Under the pieces are notes generated by a model. It was not told the origin of the DNA and did not search any database. It worked only from the letters and a program-made list of their open reading frames with translations. Source: Octopus sinensis (Eukaryota). From it: 8,192 nt of DNA. The stretch lies in assembly GCF_006345805.1 (NCBI RefSeq), contig NW_021828498.1, positions 1 to 8,192 on the forward strand. The letters are read 5' to 3'. This document shows positions 1 to 8,087 of this stretch, piece by piece. A program made the translations under genes and the position numbers. The first letter of the stretch is position 1. Each line of letters begins with the position of its first letter.

Positions 1-34
1 TTTAAATAAGCAAAAGAATAAAAGAATAAAAGAT

Positions 35-50
35 TGTGTGTGTGTGTGTG
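35..50. repeat. (TG)8 microsatellite
   Basis: Direct reading. Confidence 0.95.
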
Positions 51-422
51 TACATGCATACAAAAATACACCCACATACGCACGGATATGTACATAAGCG
101 CGCACACACACACTCATAGGCGTATGAATTATTGTTTCGGTAAGTTGTGTCCACGAGAAAGACACTTCCAGTGCTCTCATCTGAAAAGCACCAGCATTAA
201 CCAGGGGTTAACATTGCGACAGACTGGTATCCGGTGTGTTGTATCCTTGTGTGTTGAAATACGTTCGATACCGAGATATACTGGGGGCCTAATGAGCCTG
301 TAGATCAGGCAGAGAATTTAGCTTAGAAAATGCTTTAATATAGACATTTAGGCATGCGGCGTCAAGTGTTTGTGTAACGTTTATGGAGGAAAAGTCGATA
401 TGAATATGACAAAAAAAGAAAC

Positions 423-500
423 ACCGTATTTTCCGGTGTATAAGCCGCTATTTTTTACCTGGGAAATTTAGTGTGCCGCTTAGAGAAAGGTGCGCCCAAT
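423..500 (+). mobile_element. Possible pogo/Tigger-like terminal inverted repeat remnant
   Basis: ACCGTATTTTCCGGTGTATAAGCCGC (423-448) resembles TACCGTATTTT.CGG..TATAAG.CGC ends of pogo-like transposons. No partner TIR was seen in the window. Confidence 0.3.
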
Positions 501-520
501 GTGTGTAACTTTTTTTATAG

Positions 521-584
521 TTCCAGGAGGAAAATTATTTGTGTATGGAGATCGAATGATTCCACTGATTTTTTTGGAGGAAAG
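521..584 (+). CDS. Candidate internal exon (64 bp; VPGGKLFVYGDRMIPLIFLEER)
   Basis: Acceptor TTTTTTATAG|T, donor AAG|GTCGGT, open in two frames. No recognised homology. Confidence 0.35.
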
Positions 585-1393
585 GTCGGTCGATGAAAGA
601 CTATTGCTACAGGACATTTGTGCCTGGAAGAAAACAAAGCACATTTGTTTTGTTTTAACTTCATGTTTTGATAATGTATTTTTTTTATCCAATAAAGAAT
701 TTAATATTGACGGAAGCCACCTCAATTGTATAATACTAATCTTAAGCCAACATTCTACAACCCTGTCTACGAGACGACAAATATTAGTTCCATTACAACC
801 TCTCAATCCGATACTAATATAAATCCTAATTTTGATTCTCCCCACTAACAACAAACCAACCAACATCAACATTACTACTAGTAAACCCCAACCACTTGCA
901 ACTGTCGCGCTTCTGAAATATATGGTATGCAGACACCTGTCTCCTCAAAAGCGTAATCTATAAGTGCCACGTGATTACCCCATGCACCCACCAGGCAAGG
1001 GTGTATATTAATGGCACTGAGGATTTTCAATGTCGTTGTCGTGCTCATATGTATTCTTTCACTAATCCTGAATCTAAACTATTTCAATCATTAGCAACAC
1101 ACATATACAACCTCAATTCAAAACAATGTCCAACACGCTCTATCGTGGTCCATAGTATGTGAAGCTCCCTTCTACAACACAAATATAGGTAAATGTATGT
1201 TATGTATATAAGGGTCATTAACTATTCTTCGCCTCCACAACTCCTCACTGTGAAATTCTATGACGTTATTTTTTATCGTAAGCATAAATACTGCCCGACA
1301 TTCATGCACTTCCCTAATTCCAAATAAATAAAGCTGTAATGTAAAACAAGTGTCAACCTGACAATCGACAAGTGATCACATTCCAAATAGCAA

Positions 1394-1451
1394 ATATGTG
1401 TGTGTGTGTCTATGTATACATATATGTATGTATATATATATATATATATAC

Positions 1452-1543
<92 letters not shown>
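1394..1543. repeat. Compound (TG)n/(TA)n microsatellite
   Basis: Direct reading; source of the I/Y-rich ORFs at 1273-1778. Confidence 0.95.
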
Positions 1544-2068
1544 GAGCATATGCAATACATATGAAATATCCAAAATTGCATTTACAAATACATAATATAT
1601 ACATACAAGCTCTTACATACATACATGCAAACACACACACACATATACGCACAATATATATATACATATAAACTCCTACATTAATACACAGTATTAAAAA
1701 CATTAAGTAGTCAGCATATATATATAGATACCTACAGAAATATAAATATATATAACACGCATCCCAAATGTATTCCAAGTATTATGATCAATCGATTTTT
1801 CATCCTCCTCTCAGCCTCCTAAATCTCTCCAACACACATCACAAATTTCTTCAAATTTTTGCTTTTCAACCGTTTCTACTCTCATTTGACCCTTCTCGGC
1901 TTCAAACAATAATTAACAAAAGTCAAATACTAAGAAAAATACCGACCCGATTTTTTGTACTACTAACATTCTTAACCACTCCCTCGTACCTGAAATGTGT
2001 TCTTAAAAAAGACCCCACGTAATTTGAGATGGAATTGCTGTTTCATTATTGTACCAGCTAGAAGGGGA

Positions 2069-2282
2069 TACACCTTCATCATTCGGATGAATTACTTATT
2101 TATTCACATCGTTTACAAGTAAACATACGTTATCTTCTAGCTTTGAGATATTGATTATGTGATTGCTTACTTTTAGAATAACTTTAAATGGTGGTTGTGA
2201 AAGGGCTGATCTGTTCAGTTTCAACAGAAAACAGGAAGAATATTTGGGCCCGACGTGGTCTGTGCCAATGCTAATGGGTTAA
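2069..2282. mobile_element. Degenerate piggyBac-type MITE (~210 bp)
   Basis: The right end AATGCTAATGGG|TTAA (2267-2282) has the piggyBac GGG terminus plus TTAA target. The left end ACACCTTCATCATT (2070-2083) matches the reverse complement of the right end at only 9/14. The interior resembles a recalled Octopus MITE. Confidence 0.45.
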
Positions 2283-2502
2283 CTGAAAATTACTGAAGTA
2301 AAAATAAAAGCATAAAAAACATTTTAGGTAATTTGGGGACACAAATTTATGAGGGCTTAACGGTGGAGACTCTTTTTATCCCATCCTTAATGCTGTTGAG
2401 GAGACTGGACAATGGCCAATAGAAGGCCGATATAATATAATGAAAATCGTAACTTACCAATAAAGTGCTGTTAGTCTCTGTTCGTAAGAGGTAGTGAATG
2501 TT

Positions 2503-2672
2503 TATATATATATTTGCGCATATATATATATATATTGCGTCATTTGTTTATTTACCAAACATTTTTTCATTGAAGTAGCAGAACACAACGCACACAATTA
2601 TGCGTATATATATATATGAATGTGTGTGTGTCTATGTGTGAGTATGTGTGTGTTTGCGGGTGTGTATATGTG
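2503..2672. repeat. Cluster of (TA)n and (TG)n tracts (2503-2535, 2604-2672)
   Basis: Direct reading. Confidence 0.85.
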
Positions 2673-3054
2673 TATCATAGCAGATTATTGTGTCCGGTGT
2701 AAGGTTGCATCCTGTTTATTCAAATTTGAAGCAATGGCATGCAGCCGTAATTTACATTCCACCGGTATCAGTATCTGAGTCTAAAGTTATAATTACTGCA
2801 TACTGGTGGTACAGTTTTCAACCAGCAGGATGTAATCGGATGCTAATGCTTATGATATACATGCAGCAGAATGGCGTGTCGTTCACAGGTTTAAAATAAC
2901 TAAATTGCATTGTATATAAAATATGCTAAAAAGTAAGTTACTTCATGTGTAACTTTTAATTCTTATTTTAATGACTTTTACACAGGATAAAACCCGAAAT
3001 AGTGAACTCGGAATTTTGGAACTAAGTGAAAGACAATGATTGTTTACCATAAAG

Positions 3055-3118
3055 ATTTTCCCGTTTTGCCGGACCATTCGATGTGGTTTACCAGAGCCTG
3101 GATTGTAGTACAATGCTT
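3055..3118 (+). CDS. Candidate internal exon (64 bp; FSRFAGPFDVVYQSLDCSTML)
   Basis: Strong donor CTT|GTAAGT at 3119-3124 and a weak acceptor CCATAAAG|A. Phase-compatible with 521-584. No recognised homology. Confidence 0.3.
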
Positions 3119-3163
3119 GTAAGTTGCGTCCCATGATTTGATTTTCCTCTCCCTTTATATTAT

Positions 3164-3270
3164 GTATATGTGTGTGTGAAAGTGTGTGTCTGCGTGCGTG
3201 TTTGTGTGTGTGAAAATAAGTAAATGTAAATGAATGTATATATGTGTGTATATATATATATATATATGTA
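3164..3270. repeat. Compound (TG)n/(TA)n microsatellite
   Basis: Direct reading. Confidence 0.9.
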
Positions 3271-3289
3271 AATCGATATATGGAGAGAC

Positions 3290-3424
3290 GTAATAGATAG
3301 AGAGATAGAAAGATAAAGATACAGAAATGATTGATAGAGAGATAGCTAGACAGACACATGATAGTTTGATAGTTAGATAGATAGATAGATAGGTAGAAAG
3401 ATAGATAGATAGATATATAGATAA

Positions 3425-3469
<45 letters not shown>

Positions 3470-3607
3470 AAGATGGAAAGATAGAGATAGATAGACATAG
3501 ATAGACAATGATAGATAGATAGATTGATAGATAGATAGATAAATAAATACATAGATAGATAGATGGATAGATAGAGATAGATGGATAGATAGATAGATAG
3601 ATAGATA
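3290..3607. repeat. (GATA)n tract, degenerate on the left and purer near the retroelement 3' junction
   Basis: Direct reading. Confidence 0.95.
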
Positions 3608-3963
3608 TGTTTCTTTATTAGCCACACAGGGCTGCACACAGACAGAACATATTACAAGGTAGAGCTTTTCTTTTGGGGGTAAAAAAAGGGGGTTGGGTTT
3701 CGATCAAAAGGGATCGTAAAAGGAAAGAAAGAGGACAAAAAAAGGGGGGAACTTTTAAAAAAGGGGGGAGAACGAAAGAAATAATAGGAAAGGGGAGAGG
3801 AAAAAAAGTTGATCAATAGGGATCGTAATCACAGAAATATCAATATGAAGTGTAAAGAAAAGCCTACGGAAAAGACCACGGTAACCTCGGTCAATGAAGT
3901 CACATATATTTCTTTCTTTTATTTTTTTTTGCAAATAAGCAACTCTGTATTAATTGTTACGGT

Positions 3964-5100
3964 TCATAGAATCATAGTCAAGGTGGCTTCGTCATTCATA
4001 CGTGCCATCCTTGCTACATTCACCCATCTTTTTTTAAAACATTCGCTAGACAAAATTTGCCTCTCTACTCTCACTTTCCTCTTCATGTGATACTTGAAGA
4101 AGTTGATGAGAGATTGACCAGAGAGGAAAGTGTTTGTCTCCAATCCTTTCGGGCGCGTCCACCAGATACATTCTTTCGCCATAGCCACAAGTATGATAAA
4201 AATAGCTCTTCCTTCCCGTTTGAAGGAAGGAGGCGTGACGATATTAACGATAGACTCGGCTGATAAACCGACACGTCCCACACGTGACAGCAGTCGTTCG
4301 ACATAAGCCCACAGGTCGGAAATTGCTGGACACTGCACGATTGCGTGCAGAGCGGTTTCGTCGCTCTGCCCGCATCTCGGGCAGGTCGGCCCCGTGTTTC
4401 TCGAGCCATGCCTATAGAGCTTATCCCGAACGGGTAGCGCTTCTCGGTAGCACAGCCAGGCCAGGGATCTCTGGAAGTTGTCTATAGGTCCCGGGCCGAA
4501 AGTCGTTTGAAACAGGCGGGTCAGGTATTCCTCGACGACGCCCAGGTTTGCCTAGAGATCGTCGTCGTACCTCCCCTCCACTAATCCCCTATAGAATTCT
4601 TTGGTTGTGTTGAAGTCACTCAAGGTCGACCTGGGACGGCAGAGTTGCTTGAGAGCAACGCGACACTCGCGGTGCCATTCGCCCTTCCTCGGCCTCTTTT
4701 TGATCCACGACTGTTGTTCGGTCATGGAGACGAGTTGCGGGAATGCATGCCTCACAAACGGCGACCACACCTGTTCACCGTCGTGAACATAGAGCCGGAG
4801 ATGTCGCAGTCTCAGCGCGTGTCTGCGCATCATCAACCACGGCATGCCCAGCCCTTCTTTTAACGGGTGTTGGCAGCAAATGGATCGCCTGACCATCGGG
4901 ACGCATCCTTTCCACAAAAAGCGGAAGAGGATGTGTTCTAGTTTGGTGATGGTAGGGTCGGGACAAGGTACGACGGTCAAGCGGTAGTAGATGGTGGACG
5001 CGATTTAGGCTTTCGCCACCTCCACCCGACCTTTTAGGGACACTTTCCTCTCGGCCCATTGCTGGGCGAGAGTGACCACCCTACTCGTTATCTCGTTCCA
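3964..5100 (-). pseudogene. Disrupted ORF2 (reverse transcriptase polyprotein) C-terminal fragment, 379 codons, two premature stops, no frameshift
   Basis: ORF-track entries 4552..4980 and 3964..4338 lie in the same frame. In-frame stops are TAA at 5005-5007 and TAG at 4552-4554; the natural stop TGA is at 3964-3966. Confidence 0.9.
4330..4383 (-). other. zf-RVT-type CCHC zinc knuckle (CPRCGQSDETALHAIVQC)
   Basis: CX2CX8HX4C spacing in the ORF2 frame, typical of the C-terminus of L1/Tx1 ORF2. Confidence 0.88.
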
Positions 5101-5125
5101 GATAGATAGATAGATATGTAGATAT

Positions 5126-5190
<65 letters not shown>

Positions 5191-5230
5191 GATATAGATA
5201 GAAGATCGATTGATTGATCGATAGATAGAT
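5101..5230. repeat. (GATA)n tract abutting the 5' truncation point of the retroelement
   Basis: Direct reading. Confidence 0.95.
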
Positions 5231-5361
5231 CATTTTCTATTGTTGCATCCTTTAAAATTTCAGGAACACAAACCATAGAGCTTCAATTCCCGTTCGCTGT
5301 CTTCGATGAGATCCGACAATTCTAATTTATGGCGTAGAATTTAAACCATAGCTGTAAACAA

Positions 5362-5745
5362 TTCCTTACGTTTGTCATCCATTGGGCTGCGCCTATGCTG
5401 GGGCACTGCCTTAAAGTGTTTTAGTCGCACAAATCGACCCCAGTATTTGTTGTTAAGCCTGCTGCGTATTCTCGCGATCCCTTCCGCTGATTTGCCTACA
5501 GTTACGCAACTTTATACTTTTGATTTTTTTATTATTACTTACCAGAAAAAAGAAAAACATGAAGGCAATTATCGTCAGCGGCAGGCAATTCTGAATCAGA
5601 CGTAAATGCTTTGAAAATGACGTGGTAAAAATGTGAAAAGTTTCAAGTGGTTGTAAGGAATTTAACAAGATACCGATCGGCCAAATTACTGGGACGTAAA
5701 AAACCGGAACCTGTTCCCAAGCGGTCATAGTGGATAAACTGAAAC
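5362..5745 (-). mobile_element. Diverged SINE 3'-half remnant, apparently interrupted by ~185 bp (about 5496-5678)
   Basis: AATCGACCCC at 5432-5441 is the reverse complement of GGGGTCGATT at 7861-7870 in the SINE. Segments ATGCTGGGGCACTGCCTT..TTTTAGTCG.ACAAATCGACCCCAG and TTAC.GGGACGTAAA resemble a recalled Octopus SINE. A (CA)/(TA) tract follows. Confidence 0.5.
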
Positions 5746-5855
5746 ACATACACATATACATACACGCGCTCACATATACATAGATGTATACATATATGTA
5801 AAATATATATATATATATATATACATAAGTGTGTGTGTGTGTGTGTGTGTATATA
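5745..5855. repeat. Compound (CA)/(TA)/(GT) microsatellite
   Basis: Direct reading. Confidence 0.9.
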
Positions 5856-6271
5856 TAACAAAGTAAGTTTGGGGCTACTAATAAATATATATAATTGAAA
5901 TATAGGATAGAATTTTTACGAGGATTTATCAAGTAGTTATCGTGAAAAACCTCAGAAAGGATAACTTATTAATTATTCCCTATGAATATATTTATATATA
6001 TTAAGGGCATTACTTATACATAAATGCCTCACGCTAGGAGGGTCTCTTGAAGTAAAAACTACTATAATGCCCACATTGTACAAAACGCGAGGGAATGCAA
6101 CTCTCAAAGCGAGCCTCCAGAAACAGACGTAGCTGAACATCATATGATTCCGTAATTAGTGCACAAAATGCACTTTTCACTCATCAGCGCAGCCTTTGTC
6201 AAGACATAAAAATTAACAAAAATCAACGTACCAGACGAACACTTGTATCCTGGCGTTTGATACAATGTGGT

Positions 6272-6631
6272 TATTATATTCAGGCAGTCATAGATGACGG
6301 AAGCGATGTACGCATTCGCCACCTCGACTCGACCCTTCACGAACAGCTTCCTCTCTGCCAATTTCTGGGTGAGATCGACTATCCTGTTCGTCACCTCCCA
6401 CCCGTTGTTGTCCCACCTCGGGGTCTACAGCAGACCAGACCCCAAACAGTTTAACCTGTCTTTCACTTTAGCGCCCTACAAACTGTCGTTGGTATGGGTC
6501 TGCCTCTCCATCTGCCGATTTGCAGGCCCACCGACTTCTCCTGGATAAGCTTTGCTCCTATCAACACTTCGTGGACAGTATTATGATGACGTAGTCCGTG
6601 TTAGCTGATACGAACATTCCACATCCTCAGA
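6272..6631 (-). mobile_element. Decayed internal fragment of a related L1/Tx1-type ORF2 (RT catalytic region to thumb)
   Basis: With frameshifts it reads VSANTDYVIII (degenerate SAYADDV; NTDY at 6591-6602), GAKLIQEKSVGLQIGRW, VKLFGVW and EVTNRIVDLTQKLAERKLFVKGRVEVANAYIASVIY. The last stretch is 23/36 aa identical to the 5' end of the 3608-5100 element. Confidence 0.85.
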
Positions 6632-6632
6632 C

Positions 6633-6656
6633 ATATATATATATATATATATATAT
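6633..6656. repeat. (AT)12 microsatellite
   Basis: Direct reading; abuts the second LINE fragment. Confidence 0.95.
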
Positions 6657-6744
6657 GTTATCTGTATTTCTAATTATATAATTTCGATTTGAAAATTTCA
6701 GTCAGCAGTTTATGATGATTGGCGGTGGAAGTGGAAGAGTTAAA

Positions 6745-6858
6745 ATGAGAGAGGGGTAGAGGGAGTGATAGAAGAGAGAGAGGGTAAAGAAGAGGAGGAG
6801 AGTTGATGTGTACGATTGTTCGTGTGTGTGTGGTGTGTGTGTGTGTCTCTGTGTGTGA
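6745..6858. repeat. GA-rich polypurine stretch followed by (GT)n
   Basis: Direct reading. Confidence 0.8.
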
Positions 6859-6992
6859 TGTAATATATACATAACCCTGCCTAAGCTTTTCTTTAATATG
6901 AAACTGGAGGGAATATCACATTAACGATTGCATTAAATGATATAATTTTACTGTGAAGAAGTGAGTGAAATGTTTAGCCGGAAGAAATTTCC

Positions 6993-7076
6993 AATAACAA
7001 TAATAATTATAATAATAATAATAAAAATAATAATAATAGTAATAATAATAATAATAATAATAATATAATAATAATA

Positions 7077-7130
<54 letters not shown>
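6993..7130. repeat. (AAT)n joined directly to (ATT)n, forming a palindromic microsatellite
   Basis: Direct reading; symmetry centre between 7077 and 7078. Confidence 0.95.
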
Positions 7131-7133
<3 letters not shown>

Positions 7134-7646
7134 TGAGAGAGCAGTGCATGCCATCAAAGTGACACTAGGGTAAAATATACGAAGCCCAGTATACCCATCA
7201 TGACTACCCGTCTGATAAGGGTACACCAGGCACATGCATCACAACCATAAATGCGAAACATGATGATCTCATATCAAGATATAAAGCACATGACCTTTTA
7301 GGTGGGGACCAGTTAGAATTTTCTTCTGGTCGAGTAACCCATCCTGCTCAAAAGGTCCCTGAGTAAGAGTTGTTTACGGATTTTGAACGAAACACCCATG
7401 TTTCCAGAGGTGAATTATTCAAACCCCAAAGAATCCCTCTCAACACATGGCTATGATACTCCCCCACTACTTCTGCTTGTGATCAGAGATGCACATATCA
7501 TCAGCCACTAAGGGACATGCTCAACTGGTTAACGTCGAGCAACTGACAAGCAAATCTGTGGTATTGAGCAGAATATTTGCTGGAGCCCATCCCCTATACA
7601 CAGAAGGTGGGCTACATCTTCGTTCAACATCCTTCAACAACCCTTA
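7131..7646 (-). mobile_element. Non-coding interspersed repeat, probably the 3' part of a retroelement with an (AAT)n tail
   Basis: The minus strand ends ...GTCACTTTGATGGCATGCACTGCTCTCTCAATT followed by (AAT)n. I found no convincing protein homology. It resembles a high-copy Octopus repeat as recalled; class not determined. Confidence 0.55.
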
Positions 7647-7657
7647 CTATTATTATA

Positions 7658-7712
<55 letters not shown>

Positions 7713-7725
7713 TATTATTATTATT
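7647..7725. repeat. (ATT)n microsatellite
   Basis: Direct reading. Confidence 0.95.
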
Positions 7726-7744
7726 TGCCAATAGGGTCGGCATT

Positions 7745-7976
7745 GCGGTGAGATCTGGCAGAATCTTTAGTACGTCGGGCGAAATGCTAAGCGGTATTTC
7801 TTCTGCCGTTATCTTCGGAGTTCAATTTCCCCCGAGGTCGACTTTGCCTTTCATACATTCGGGGTCGATTAAAGAAGTACCAGTTACGCACTGTGATCGA
7901 TATAATCGGCTTAATCCGTTTGTCTGTCCTTGTTTGTCTTTTCTGTGTTTAGCCCCTTGTGGGTAGTAAAGAAACA
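7745..7976 (+). mobile_element. tRNA-derived SINE, near full length
   Basis: A-box-like TGGCAGAATC (7756-7765) and B-box-like GAGTTCAATTTCC (7818-7830). The core GAGGTCGACTTTGCCTTTCAT..TTCGGGGTCGAT..AGTACCAG and the tail AGCCCCTTGTGGGTAGTAAAGAAACA resemble an abundant Octopus SINE as I recall it; family name not verified. Confidence 0.8.
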
Positions 7977-8087
7977 GGATACAGTAGACATGGACACTGG
8001 AGATTTAACGCTGAGACAACGAGTACACAGTTAAAAGAATAACAATGATATCCGACAAAAGAATATAACAATGAAAGTTCGTAATAG

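Larger units (their letters stand above)
3608..5100 (-). mobile_element. 5'-truncated L1/Tx1-type non-LTR retrotransposon (ORF2 C-terminal part plus 3' UTR)
   Basis: Manual translation of 5100->3964 gives WNEITSRVVTLAQQWAERKVSLKGRVEVAKA*IASTIYYRLTVVPCP...LFRFLWKG...GLGMP, the post-RT W..r.LS.kGR / FlW / GLg.P signature of L1/Tx1 ORF2, followed by a CCHC knuckle. The segment is visibly GC/CpG-rich against AT-rich flanks. The 3' UTR ends in AATAAA (3614-3619, minus strand) plus GAAACA and then (TATC)n. Confidence 0.92.

Noticed and set aside
115-200. Possible SINE head remnant (ATAGGCGT...GGTAAGT)
   Set aside because: Similarity is too short and degenerate, and there is no B box.
480-625. Minus-strand CUB-domain-like peptide SGIIRSPYTNNFPPG behind a strong acceptor (TTTTCTTCCAG)
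   Set aside because: No following C-x-W and no good donor before the stop. It is antisense to the better-bounded plus-strand candidate exon. Worth only a quick HMM check.
1273-1778. Three overlapping I/Y-rich minus-strand ORFs
   Set aside because: Translations of (TA)n/(TG)n microsatellite.
2503-2535. Palindrome (TA)n-TGCGCA-(TA)n
   Set aside because: (TA)n is self-complementary, so the symmetry is trivial.
2943-3639. LSIY-repeat ORFs (also 5088-5276)
   Set aside because: Translations of (TATC)n tracts.
4057-4863. Plus-strand and off-frame ORFs overlapping the LINE
   Set aside because: Antisense or alternative-frame shadows of a GC-rich ORF2; only the 5100->3964 frame carries recognisable motifs.
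6181-6187. CTGATGA on the minus strand (also 7498-7504), hammerhead ribozyme core
   Set aside because: No stem II followed by GAAA and no flanking stems I/III were found.
3608-6631. One LINE split by a later insertion
   Set aside because: The two fragments overlap by about 36 codons and differ at 13 of them, so they are not two halves of one copy.
6948-7734. Poly-Asn, poly-Ile and poly-Tyr ORFs
   Set aside because: Translations of (AAT)n/(ATT)n tracts.
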